A DNA stretch of 64,000 nt from assembly GCA_045586015.1 (NCBI GenBank), contig JAZMZP010000013.1, positions 2,374 to 66,373 of the forward strand, in the 5' to 3' direction. The translations under genes were made by a program, and so were the position numbers. The notes under the pieces are model-generated. The model was not told where the DNA came from. It saw only the letters and a program-made list of their open reading frames with translations, and made no database searches. The stretch is from Candidatus Nanosyncoccus sp. (GTDB lineage: Bacteria; Patescibacteriota; Saccharimonadia; Saccharimonadales; Saccharimonadaceae). Positions 1-9,228 of the stretch are shown in pieces; the stretch's first letter is position 1; each line of letters starts with the position of its first letter.

Positions 1-116
1 ACAGCCAGCGATGACATTATGACAAAAACTAAGCCAATGCTATTGTCCACTGCGCCAAATATCTTCATTATTAGACAAACTGCGATAATCAATAAATGAT
101 AGAATAATAGAGTCAT
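1..116 (-). CDS. partial CDS (first 38 codons; continues past window start) of a hydrophobic membrane protein at the end of the glycosyltransferase operon
   Basis: ATG at 116-114, one nt after the stop of the upstream GT (TAA-T-ATG). Translation MTLLFYHLLIIAVCLIMKIFGAVDNSIGLVFVIMSSLA is TM-like and open to the window edge. Confidence 0.35.
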   Translation of the reverse strand, partial: MTLLFYHLLIIAVCLIMKIFGAVDNSIGLVFVIMSSLA

Positions 117-117
117 A

Positions 118-1242
118 TTAGTCATTGCCTCGCAAAATGCTTTTTATACAAAGATACCATCTTTTTTTAACTCTCTTCAAACTATTTTTTTCTCTGATCA
201 ATAATGCTTCCTTAGAAAATTTATCGCGCATGTTCTTATTGTCTATTAACTTACATATTGCATAAGCCAATTCATCCTGATTCTCATTTTTTACTAAAAT
301 TCCGCTTTCGCCATTTTCTATTATACTCCTTGGACCGCCGCACGGACAATCAGTAGATATGCATGGTAATCCCATCGCCATTGCCTCAATTAAAGCATTC
401 GGCATCCCCTCATAACGAGAGCTTAAAACAAAGATTTTTGCTTCATTAAGCTCTTCTGATACATTATTCACTTGGCCCATTAAGAAAGCCCTATCAGAAA
501 TTTTTAGCTCATCAATCAATTCTTGTAAATGTCTACGCAAAGACCCCTCGCCATATATTTTTAGCAAATAGCTATGTTCCTTTTTTTTCAAAGTGCTGGC
601 AAAAGCCCTTACCAGCATCTCCTGATTCTTTTGTTCTTCAAGCCTTCCAACGGAAATAATTATACTTTTTCTTTGTTCGTCTTTTTTCGGTTCCACAAGC
701 ATAGTAGGGTCTATCGGGTTTTGGATAATTACTTGATGTTTGGTTTTTATAATGTGCTCAAAAAACTTTTTAGCATCATCAGTCTGGTACACCATTCCAT
801 CGGCATCTTTATATAATGTTTCCATCACCCCCCTTATTATTGGGTTGCTAAACTCTTTCTCTGGATCATTCCGGATTGAAATAATTTTTGGAACATTTTT
901 AATTCTTCGGGATATTTTAGACAAGAACATTAATCTGAGCGATGGTTCTGGAAGAAAACTAATTATAATGTCTGGTTTTTCCGATATAATTAATTTCTTT
1001 AATTTTCTTAATCGCGCGATGGATAATTTCCTTGTTATCTTTCTGAATCTATTATCAGCTTTGTAATTAGTATCATCCACTCGTAATCTTTTAACTTTTG
1101 GTTCTAGCTTATATGCATCTTCACTTCTCGTTAGAGTCAAAATACTAACATCATTTTCCTTCGAAAACTCATTTGCAAGCAAAGCAATTACTCTCTCTGC
1201 ACCACCCCTTTCCATAGTTAAACAATTGAATAGTATCTTCAT
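118..1242 (-). CDS. glycosyltransferase, GT4 (group 1) family
   Basis: 374-aa ORF. N-terminal MKILFNCLTMERGGAERV and C-terminal EGMPNALIEAMAMGLPCISTD...GESGILV are the typical GT-B/GT4 signature. Confidence 0.85.
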   Translation of the reverse strand: MKILFNCLTMERGGAERVIALLANEFSKENDVSILTLTRSEDAYKLEPKVKRLRVDDTNYKADNRFRKITRKLSIARLRKLKKLIISEKPDIIISFLPEPSLRLMFLSKISRRIKNVPKIISIRNDPEKEFSNPIIRGVMETLYKDADGMVYQTDDAKKFFEHIIKTKHQVIIQNPIDPTMLVEPKKDEQRKSIIISVGRLEEQKNQEMLVRAFASTLKKKEHSYLLKIYGEGSLRRHLQELIDELKISDRAFLMGQVNNVSEELNEAKIFVLSSRYEGMPNALIEAMAMGLPCISTDCPCGGPRSIIENGESGILVKNENQDELAYAICKLIDNKNMRDKFSKEALLIREKNSLKRVKKRWYLCIKSILRGND

Positions 1243-1245
1243 ATA

Positions 1246-1749
1246 TTACTTATAGGTTATATTTTTTATATCTACTTTGTCCGATTGTTTTACTAGTTTA
1301 TTCGATCCGAATTCTGAATTAATAATTGTATTAGCGCCAAATACATTATTATCGCCAATCTTTGCTTTACTCAAAATTATCACATTACTTCCGAACCAAT
1401 TTTTGTTCCCAATGACAATAGGATTAGTCTTATAGCTCTTTTCCATATCAACATTCTTGTTATTAAAAACATGGTTATGGTCATACACTTTAACCCCTTC
1501 GCCAAACAAATTATTCTTACCAATTTTTATCGAGTTATGGCAATTTATCGAACAATAATTATTAAAGAATGTCCTATCTCCTATTTCTACTTTCCCGTTC
1601 TTAGAAACGTTAACGATAAATCCTTTTCTAAAATGAATTCCCTTCCCAAGTTTTAATCGCTTACCATATTTTAACTTATAATATGAAAGCTTGGAAATAA
1701 CCTTAACGCCCCGAAATAATTTTTCTGTCGCTGAAAAGACCGTATACAT
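1246..1749 (-). CDS. hexapeptide-repeat (LbH) acetyl/acyltransferase
   Basis: 167-aa ORF with repeated [IV]G.N hexapeptide pattern (IGDRTFFNNYCSINCHNSIKIGKNNLFGEGVKV...IGNKNWFGSNVIILSKAKIGDNNVFGANTII). Tightly packed between two GT genes. Confidence 0.8.
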   Translation of the reverse strand: MYTVFSATEKLFRGVKVISKLSYYKLKYGKRLKLGKGIHFRKGFIVNVSKNGKVEIGDRTFFNNYCSINCHNSIKIGKNNLFGEGVKVYDHNHVFNNKNVDMEKSYKTNPIVIGNKNWFGSNVIILSKAKIGDNNVFGANTIINSEFGSNKLVKQSDKVDIKNITYK

Positions 1750-1751
1750 TT

Positions 1752-2879
1752 TTACTCTACCTTCATTATTTTCATCATTCTGTTATTAATAATATCAATC
1801 GTAAACTTTTCTAAACACATTTTATATGATTCGTCACCCATTTTTTGTAATTTATCACGATGTTCAATCATCCAAATCATCTTCTCCGCCAAATCATTTG
1901 CTCTTTTAACTTTTACGAAGAAACCATTCTCGCCTTCTACTATCGTCTCACGACAACCCGGCGTGTTAGTCGTTAAAACCGGTCTTCCCATCGCTAATGC
2001 TTCTAAAATTGTTCTCGGAATCCCCTCCCGATAATAAGTCGGCAAAACAAATACGCTACACTTCGCTACATATTTTTCCACTTCTTTTGTTTCCGGAATA
2101 TACTCGACTACCTTAGCATCAATATACGGTTTTAAAACACTTAAATCTACTGCATTTTTATTTTTATCAATCGCTCCAATATAAGAGAATTTCGCTTCCG
2201 GATATTTTTCTTTCACTATCTTCGCTGCTTTAAAATACTCTATAACCCCTTTCTCTTTTAAAACTCTCGACACCATCAAGAACGCCACCGGGCCATCGGG
2301 TATCTTATTCCGCGAAAACTTCTTCAAATTCACACCCGACCCATTTACTAACTCACACTTCCTCTCGTCGACATAACCTCTTCCGACAAATTCATCAATA
2401 TCATCCTGATTTTGGAAAATAACTTTTGTATTATATTTAAGTGCGTGCTTGTATAATCTACCACCTACAATTCTTAAAACTTTTATTTTTAAAGAATCCG
2501 AACAGAACAACATCCCTAACCCACAAATTAATGAATATATTTCTTTTACTCCCGCCCGCTTTGCCGCCATTGAACCGAAGATGACCGGTTTTATAGTAAA
2601 TGAAAATACTTTATCGGGTTTCTCTTCGCGAATTATTCTCGTTAAATTTTTGTAATACGAAATCACATTGAATACTGATAAAGAATTCTTCTTTAAATTA
2701 ATCAGCCGTACCTTTACGCCATTCTTCTTAAAAAAGTCCTTATTATTATCTTCCGGAACAATAACAACGACATCATACCTTTTTTTTCTAATATCACAAA
2801 TTAAATCCCCACGAAAATTGACGACTGTATCCGTCTTCGGACCAATCATCAAAAACTTCTTCGCAGTTTTTTCATTCAT
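1752..2879 (-). CDS. glycosyltransferase, GT4 family
   Basis: C-terminal YREGIPRTILEALAMGRPVLTTNTPGCRETIVEGENGFFV is a GT4 E-x7-E-type motif. Start moved to the ATG at 2879 (MNEKTAKKF...) because the ORF-track ATG at 2891 lies inside the -10 box. Confidence 0.8.
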   Translation of the reverse strand: MNEKTAKKFLMIGPKTDTVVNFRGDLICDIRKKRYDVVVIVPEDNNKDFFKKNGVKVRLINLKKNSLSVFNVISYYKNLTRIIREEKPDKVFSFTIKPVIFGSMAAKRAGVKEIYSLICGLGMLFCSDSLKIKVLRIVGGRLYKHALKYNTKVIFQNQDDIDEFVGRGYVDERKCELVNGSGVNLKKFSRNKIPDGPVAFLMVSRVLKEKGVIEYFKAAKIVKEKYPEAKFSYIGAIDKNKNAVDLSVLKPYIDAKVVEYIPETKEVEKYVAKCSVFVLPTYYREGIPRTILEALAMGRPVLTTNTPGCRETIVEGENGFFVKVKRANDLAEKMIWMIEHRDKLQKMGDESYKMCLEKFTIDIINNRMMKIMKVE

Positions 2880-2889
2880 TCCACTTATC

Positions 2890-2898
2890 ATTATACCA
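2890..2898 (-). promoter_or_regulatory. extended -10 promoter (TGGTATAAT), 10 nt upstream of the GT start codon
   Basis: Minus strand reads tggtataat-gataagtgga-ATG, so the leader would be only 3-4 nt. Confidence 0.5.
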
Positions 2899-2987
2899 CA
2901 CTAAATAATAATAAAACGCATAAAATAGCCCTGAAATTGCATGCTTTCATATAATAAAAAGAACTGCGTTAAAACGAAAAGAACTCG

Positions 2988-3016
2988 TTGACAATCCTTA
3001 TCTTAATATATATAAT
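2988..3016 (+). promoter_or_regulatory. consensus sigma70-type promoter TTGACA-17-TATAAT
   Basis: ttgaca (2988-2993), 17-nt spacer, tataat (3011-3016). No ORF follows. Confidence 0.6.
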
Positions 3017-3022
3017 AAAGTC

Positions 3023-3096
3023 ATAAGGAATATAGCGTTAGGAACTATATTCCGTGGGTTTTGGTTCTAGTCGGTCTTACCGACTAGAATTTTTTC
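3023..3096 (+). ncRNA. candidate ~74-nt small RNA (promoter + two hairpins + intrinsic terminator)
   Basis: Perfect 9-bp hairpin ggaatatag/ctatattcc (3027-3035 and 3045-3053). A 10-bp terminator stem ttctagtcgg/ccgactagaa follows, then a T-run. No ATG-initiated ORF in the transcript. Confidence 0.4.
3065..3096 (+). terminator. intrinsic terminator
   Basis: 10-bp perfect stem, 5-nt loop, then TTTTTT (3090-3095). Confidence 0.65.
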
Positions 3097-3351
3097 TTCG
3101 GCTTCCTCGCCGTAATGAGAGCTTTACAGTAATCTGAATCCGCCATAACGAAAACTTCATACTCATCTTTCTCCTTTCCGAACTTCTGGCACGCCTAACA
3201 TAGCTGTTTAATGAAGCTCCACACCCGCACGAGTATTTATGGTATACTCCCGCCGTCTTTAATCAAACCCACTAAACACCGAAGCCAACCCGAACGCATC
3301 TAAACATATCATATTCAAAATTTCAACCCCCACTTTAAGCTAGTGGCTATT

Positions 3352-6300
3352 TTATTTCCTCTTCGCTCTTCTACTCGTAAATCCGAAACCTATCATCAAA
3401 ACCACCGCTGCTCCGCCGATCCACATACTCACTACTCCATTCTCAACCGAACCAACGCCAGTCCCCTTCGTAAACCGTCCCGTATCCGGTGTTTCCGGAG
3501 GAACTACGCCGCCACATCCGCCGAACGCACAAGAATCGGTACTTCGGTTCGTAATTACAAATCCATTTTCGGCATCGCCTTCGACTTTCGTACTATAGTC
3601 GTTGCTCAGCGCACCTTCTTCGACCGTATATTCAATCTCGGAACCTTCGCTATATTTATATAGTCCTTCGAACGTATAGACCCACTCACCATTTTCGTTC
3701 TCACTAATCGTCGCCGAATCCGCCTCCTCGCCATTAGCCAGCAAAACTACATAAATACTACTCGGTCTAATACCTAACTTATTATCTCCGTCTTCCCAAA
3801 TCTTCTTCACATTAATCTCGCCAGTTTTATTAATTAATTCCGGTTCGTGGAAATTCGTAAAGGTCGTTGAATATTCATCGCTTTCCGGGTCCACCGCTTC
3901 ATAATCATCAGAATCTAATACTTCTTCTGCCGAATATTCAATCACTTCCCCATCTTTATTTGCGATTGGTAACTCTTCCCAAGTAACGGTCCATACATTC
4001 TCTTCGTCAGTAGCATTCTCTTCCGTTAGCAACTCAGTTTCTACAACTTTATTATCCGCAGACAACTTAACCGTTAACTCGCCCGGTCGTTTGCCGTCTT
4101 GGTCGTGGTTATCTTCCCAAATCTTCGTTACGGTATAAGAAGTTTCATCTGCGACATACTTATTTGTAATCTTAAAGACGACATCTGCTCCGCTCTCAAC
4201 ATCCTTCGTAGTATTATCGCCGGTTGTCGTTCGTTCAAAGTACTCTACATCCGCATTGTTTTCTTTTACAGTATAACTACCAGTTGTGATTTTCCCTTTT
4301 ACCTCACAAGTCGCTTTACTACCCGAAATACTACAATCGCTAAACTTAACTGTCATCTCGCCATTCTTTCCGAAGTCATCCGGCCCAGTTACCGTAAAGG
4401 TCAAATTCTTCAAAGCTTTTTCAGAAACCCCGGAGAAAGTCTTCTCAATCTTTAACGAATTCGCCGTACTTCGTTCATTCGTTACGATATACTCGCCTTT
4501 ATTCCACACATAGCCATCGGCATCAGTAGGCGTGAATGTATAAGTCTTCGTGTAATAGTTCTTGAGTTCTTCTTCGCTTGCACTCGCCCAAGTGCTTTTA
4601 CTAGTAACTTTCAAAACTTCAGTACCTTCAACTAAATCATAACCATCCGCTTCAATTTCTTTAATTTCGTACTTCAAATTATCTTCTGCGGTCGCTTTAT
4701 TCTCCGGCACAGTAATTTTAATCTTACCGTTTTTATCTGTCGTATATGATTTACCATTAATCTCAAACTTCACACCACTTAGTATCTCATCATCCTCGTC
4801 AACCTTCTTTATACTAAACTCAGTACTCCCTTCATAAACCGGAGTTGCCGGTGTCCAAGTATTTTTAACTGCCAACTCTCCATTCTTTTCCGCCGTCCAC
4901 TTTCCTTCTAGGACATTGCCTTCATAAACATACAAAACATCTTTATCTTCGCCAGTCAAACTACTTCCATTAATTCCAGTTTCTTTTACTTCATACTCAA
5001 TTTCTTCGCCCTGATTTTTGTAAACCAATACTTCAATCTCTTCCGATTCCCATTCGCCGTAACCATTCCCTTCTAGACGAATCGTCTTAACTTCGTCATT
5101 ATCATCATTTGTCATCTCAACCATGACGAAGGTTGGCGCCGTAGTCGGTAAACCAGATTCTGGTACGACCCAAGCCTTCTTAATTTTAATCTTCTTAGTT
5201 TCCGGAGTGTGAGTATTAGTTATAACATTATTTTCAATCGTTCTACTATAAACTGTATCGCCAGTAAACTCCGTACAACTTATCTTCCCATTACTTTCCT
5301 TACAATTCTTCGCCTCGACGATAGTATATTCAATCTCATTCCCATTTCCGTCAGTCTTTTGAAGACCCGAAAATTCGAAATTCTGCTCTTTTTCATCAGC
5401 ATCAATCGTCTTAAACGCGACGAACTCATCATCTTGCTTTACCGCAACATAAAGATTATCATAGTCGCTTCGCTTCCCATCTCGGTCATTATCATCGTTC
5501 CAAACCTTCTTCGCCGTCAAATTCGTCGTTTCATAAATATTCGTGAAAGTATTATTATAGTCGGAAACCTTTAGATTTAATTTACCGTCTTCAGTATATT
5601 CTACTTCAACCGTAAAGCTAATCCCTTCCGCAACCTCTTCCGCCGGTACCACACTTTGGATCTTTGAGGTATCAAACGACTCGGAAACCGTATAATGATA
5701 AACCTTATTAACGTCTGCTTCGCTAAAACTAATTGTTCCAAAATCGACTTTATGGTCAGCCGTACTCTTTTTAACGGTCAATGTTTGATTTTTCGGCATC
5801 GGTGCGTCTTCATCGGTACTCGAAATCGTGAAAGTAAATTCATCAGTATTCTCCCAACCCCGGCCTTCTAATACTTTCTCGAATTCTAATTCTTTATTTT
5901 TTCCGTAAGTCGTAGTGCCTTTATATTGGTTATAAATAGTCTGATCTTCCTTTGAGTAAGATTTTTCCTTTAGCACCAAATTCCCCTCGCCATCATCTTC
6001 GACCACAATCTTCGCGACAACATCCTCATCATCTTCAACCCGCGACACGCCATCACGGAAGCCTTCCTCTAACTCAGTAATTGTATACTGATATTCGCCC
6101 TCATCAGTGATAGTAACATCAAAGGTTGCAGTTTCCGTTTTGTCGTTGCCTAACTTTACTGTCTTGCTTTCTTTTACTGTGTTATTGTATTTTAATTGGA
6201 AAGTAAAGTTATCCGAAGGCAACCAGAATACTCTATTGGTAAACGCTTTCTTCGCGAAAACTGCTTCAGTTATTGGCGTAACTTTATAAACATTTACAAA

Positions 6301-9057
6301 TTCCTCATCGTTGTCGCCTTGCTTGATTGTCCCGGTTCTTACAGTTTCTTTACCATTATTAAACCCGGCTTTAGCAGCTTCCGTAATTTCATAATACCAA
6401 CCTTTCGGAATGTTCTTAATCTCGCAGGTATCGCCGTGTTTTAAGCCTTTACAAGTTTCTGTATCGGTCTTTACCGGTTTTTCATCGCCCTGCTTTTCGT
6501 AGAAGTTAACCGTAAAATCAAATTCTTGACCTTCCGCTTTATCTTTGTTCCCGCTCTTAACATCTACAGTTTTCGAAATAGTCAAATCGCCAGACTCGAG
6601 GTAATTAGTTACAGTCGCTTGTGAGCTTGCGTTACCAAATACTTCCTGTACGCCTTCCTTGTCGTCTGTGCCATCATACATTACAACTGTATAATCGACC
6701 TTATTTCTAGTATAACCATTCGGCAATACTTCGGTTACCTCGTATGTAGTACCAGTAGGTACATCTTGTACTCTAATCTTTTGGTTAACTGTTATCTTTT
6801 CGTTAATCACGCCGCCAGTATAAGTTTTCTTCTCTGACCTCTCCTTCTCTGTGCCATCAGGATTATATGTATAAATACGGTAAACGCCAGTATCCTCACT
6901 TAACGTAATGGTGATGTCGTACTCGTCTTCAATTGTTTTATCTTCTTTATCGTTATTGATTACAGTCTTTCCGACCAAAATACCACCATTTAAAGTATTC
7001 TCGAGCGATAGTTTCGTTAATACTCCGTCTTCAATCGTTGCTGTCTTTCCGTCATCGCTAAATACAACGTCATGGATATTGCCGCCCTCGCCAATAATCA
7101 TTGGATGATATTTGCGTTTCGTAATATGATAGTGGTTCGAACCGTCCTCGGTTAGAGAAAGTTGTTCATTATCGAACTCGTAATCACGCCCAGCCTCAAG
7201 TACCACATATTCATCGTTACCTACCCTAACAACAGGACCTAGCCCTCTTAAGCCCTCAGTTTCTGGCGTACCATCAAGTTTTTTCATTACGCCAGGAGCT
7301 ACAGTATATTCACTCTTTCCATTTTCGTCTTCGCCAACCCATTCATTACCACTTCCATCTCCTTTAGTAAAGGTATAATGCCTTTCTCGGTCAGGATTAT
7401 CTTCTCTATCGACAAACAAATCTACTGTTACATCGCTAATATCATCTCGTTGGTCAGCATCCATTGAATCTAACCAAACCTTTACGACGTCTAATGTTGT
7501 TTCCGGTAAATTAGTCGGGTCGCGTTCTTCATCGAAATCAATTGGAATTGAGATATCGGAATAAGTTGTCTCGCCGGTATCCTCGTTCTTTGTTGCCGTC
7601 TTAAATCTAAAGGTTGCTGTATTGTTTGTAATTAGTCTAAAACTACCATCACTATTCACGCCTAAACCAAATTTGGTCAAATCAGATTCGTCGCAAGTAC
7701 CATCATTTCTAATCGATGCGATACAATCCATCGCTTCTTGGCTTGGCCAAACTGTAAAGGTTACCGAAGCTTTCTCGCCATTGGATAATGTTTTATGTTC
7801 ACCTGGGTTCCAATGTACGCTTCCGCCTTCGAAACTTGCTTTACCCCAATCATCACCCCAAGAATCTGGAACGCTGTAACGGAAGTTGCCCGCCGTCCCA
7901 TCAACTTCAGTAGAAGTTGCCGGAGTAATACCATCTTCGATTTGAAGATCTGCTACCGAAAGCCCCATTTTAATCTTATCAACAATTTCTGCAAATGCTT
8001 CTTCGAGAGCATCTTGGTTAGTTGCATTATAGTATGTTCCGCCAAGGTTTTGCATATTTGTAGCATCACCAAAAGTCCCAACAGTATAGAATTCTACATT
8101 TTCAGTACCAATTATTTCATCCGCTACGTCTTTAGCTGCGCCAAAGTTCCAACCATTGTTATCATTCCTACCATTTCCCCATACTTCATCGCATACCGTA
8201 GTCCATCCATCGGTGTAACAATTATCTGTTGCATTAGAATTATATTTGCTGTCACGGAAAGTTGGGTTGCCATCAGATACGAAGATAATATAAGTTTTAT
8301 CATCATCGCCAAACGAAATACTTTTTGCCGTAGTCAATGCAGCTTCCCAGTTAGTACCACCGCCATAGTTAGTGGCATTTACCCAGCCTTTAAAAGTATC
8401 AAGGTCGGTAGTTGGCGCAGTATGAGTTGTATTTGTTTTTACACTTGTAGCGAAATCAACAAAAGCCATCTCTACCACATCTTCGAGCCCAGGAGTACTA
8501 GGATCATTTTGCGAAAGAAGTTCATTAGCCAAAACATTAACAGCCGACTTTGCAACCGTCAATCTCGTTCCATTTATAGTTGTACGAGTATAGCGCGTAC
8601 CAGTAAACAAATTAGTACGATTTACGCAGTCATTATAGGTTGCATAAACCTGTGTCGATGAATTATCGCCATCCATTCTAGAGCAACTACCGTAACTCCT
8701 TCTGTATAATTGTACATAATCGCCATCGACTTTTCTGTAGCGACCACTTGCACTTTCTGAGTAAGAATAAGTCGTTGCTCCTCCATTCATACTTCCAGAC
8801 GAATCGAATACAACTACAACGTTCGCCTTAGTAGCGTCAGTTTTCTGCTTTGAAACACCTTCAATTTCAAGTGTGATATCATAAGTACCATCTTTATTAG
8901 ATTTTACTGACTTTAGACTTTTCGGGATATTTTCCTCCGCTGGGACAATCCCTTGTTCGTCATCCGCAGCATATGTATTCAAAAAGGCCGTCGGCATCGT
9001 GCCAAAGACCATTACGACCGCTGCGAAAATATTTAATATTTTTCGCTTTATTTTCAT
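3352..9057 (-). CDS. giant cell-surface adhesin: signal peptide, vWA domain, many CnaB / pilin-isopeptide-type Ig-like domains, LPXTG-like sorting tail
   Basis: Start set at MKIKRKILNIFAAVVMVFGTMPTAFLNTYAADD, preceded by AAGGAG. vWA MIDAS motifs VVVVFDSSGSMNG and IIFVSDGNPT. Repeated K[VI]W.D..D.DG.RP CnaB motifs and FTF.L...GEYQYTITE pilin-type motifs. C-terminus is PETPDTG...hydrophobic stretch...RRAKRK. Confidence 0.9.
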   Translation of the reverse strand: MKIKRKILNIFAAVVMVFGTMPTAFLNTYAADDEQGIVPAEENIPKSLKSVKSNKDGTYDITLEIEGVSKQKTDATKANVVVVFDSSGSMNGGATTYSYSESASGRYRKVDGDYVQLYRRSYGSCSRMDGDNSSTQVYATYNDCVNRTNLFTGTRYTRTTINGTRLTVAKSAVNVLANELLSQNDPSTPGLEDVVEMAFVDFATSVKTNTTHTAPTTDLDTFKGWVNATNYGGGTNWEAALTTAKSISFGDDDKTYIIFVSDGNPTFRDSKYNSNATDNCYTDGWTTVCDEVWGNGRNDNNGWNFGAAKDVADEIIGTENVEFYTVGTFGDATNMQNLGGTYYNATNQDALEEAFAEIVDKIKMGLSVADLQIEDGITPATSTEVDGTAGNFRYSVPDSWGDDWGKASFEGGSVHWNPGEHKTLSNGEKASVTFTVWPSQEAMDCIASIRNDGTCDESDLTKFGLGVNSDGSFRLITNNTATFRFKTATKNEDTGETTYSDISIPIDFDEERDPTNLPETTLDVVKVWLDSMDADQRDDISDVTVDLFVDREDNPDRERHYTFTKGDGSGNEWVGEDENGKSEYTVAPGVMKKLDGTPETEGLRGLGPVVRVGNDEYVVLEAGRDYEFDNEQLSLTEDGSNHYHITKRKYHPMIIGEGGNIHDVVFSDDGKTATIEDGVLTKLSLENTLNGGILVGKTVINNDKEDKTIEDEYDITITLSEDTGVYRIYTYNPDGTEKERSEKKTYTGGVINEKITVNQKIRVQDVPTGTTYEVTEVLPNGYTRNKVDYTVVMYDGTDDKEGVQEVFGNASSQATVTNYLESGDLTISKTVDVKSGNKDKAEGQEFDFTVNFYEKQGDEKPVKTDTETCKGLKHGDTCEIKNIPKGWYYEITEAAKAGFNNGKETVRTGTIKQGDNDEEFVNVYKVTPITEAVFAKKAFTNRVFWLPSDNFTFQLKYNNTVKESKTVKLGNDKTETATFDVTITDEGEYQYTITELEEGFRDGVSRVEDDEDVVAKIVVEDDGEGNLVLKEKSYSKEDQTIYNQYKGTTTYGKNKELEFEKVLEGRGWENTDEFTFTISSTDEDAPMPKNQTLTVKKSTADHKVDFGTISFSEADVNKVYHYTVSESFDTSKIQSVVPAEEVAEGISFTVEVEYTEDGKLNLKVSDYNNTFTNIYETTNLTAKKVWNDDNDRDGKRSDYDNLYVAVKQDDEFVAFKTIDADEKEQNFEFSGLQKTDGNGNEIEYTIVEAKNCKESNGKISCTEFTGDTVYSRTIENNVITNTHTPETKKIKIKKAWVVPESGLPTTAPTFVMVEMTNDDNDEVKTIRLEGNGYGEWESEEIEVLVYKNQGEEIEYEVKETGINGSSLTGEDKDVLYVYEGNVLEGKWTAEKNGELAVKNTWTPATPVYEGSTEFSIKKVDEDDEILSGVKFEINGKSYTTDKNGKIKITVPENKATAEDNLKYEIKEIEADGYDLVEGTEVLKVTSKSTWASASEEELKNYYTKTYTFTPTDADGYVWNKGEYIVTNERSTANSLKIEKTFSGVSEKALKNLTFTVTGPDDFGKNGEMTVKFSDCSISGSKATCEVKGKITTGSYTVKENNADVEYFERTTTGDNTTKDVESGADVVFKITNKYVADETSYTVTKIWEDNHDQDGKRPGELTVKLSADNKVVETELLTEENATDEENVWTVTWEELPIANKDGEVIEYSAEEVLDSDDYEAVDPESDEYSTTFTNFHEPELINKTGEINVKKIWEDGDNKLGIRPSSIYVVLLANGEEADSATISENENGEWVYTFEGLYKYSEGSEIEYTVEEGALSNDYSTKVEGDAENGFVITNRSTDSCAFGGCGGVVPPETPDTGRFTKGTGVGSVENGVVSMWIGGAAVVLMIGFGFTSRRAKRK

Positions 9058-9085
9058 TTTATACTCCTTCGCTAGTATTGCCGCC

Positions 9086-9114
9086 ATTATATCACTCGCG
9101 TCAAGTAGGAGCAA
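9086..9114 (-). promoter_or_regulatory. promoter of adhesin gene (TTGCTC-17-TGaTATAAT)
   Basis: Minus strand reads ttgctc-N17-tataat with the TG extension. A ~24-nt leader carries AAGGAG. Confidence 0.5.
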
Positions 9115-9165
9115 CGATAAGCATTATTCAGAAACGAATTTACCTACCCAAAGAAAAAGTCGTCG

Positions 9166-9174
9166 TGCTATAAT
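9166..9174 (+). promoter_or_regulatory. extended -10 promoter (TGCTATAAT) for the 9229 gene
   Basis: tgctataat-aaactt-ATG; the ATG (9181) opens only a 6-codon mini-ORF (MLRLYS*, 9181-9201) ahead of the real gene. Confidence 0.45.
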
Positions 9175-9228
9175 AAACTTATGCTAAGATTATATAGCTA
9201 AAATATATAAAGGGCGAGAATAGTAAAA

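Noticed and set aside
3077-3166. Type I toxin-antitoxin interpretation of the 29-aa sORF and the convergent sRNA candidate.
   Set aside because: It is mentioned only as a low-probability reading. The peptide lacks a clear hydrophobic transmembrane segment, I found no convincing promoter for it, and the terminator is oriented for the plus strand only.
7795-8661. 288-aa ORF on the plus strand inside the adhesin gene. Similar antisense ORFs occur at 4099-4455, 5209-5574, 59778-60290, 61112-61588, 58920-59354, 42728-43165 and 28549-28884.
   Set aside because: They lie entirely antisense to strongly supported genes and translate to low-complexity, Cys/Ile/Arg-rich sequence with no SD or promoter. 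Biased codon composition in repetitive Thr/Gly/Ser-rich genes produces long open antisense frames by chance.
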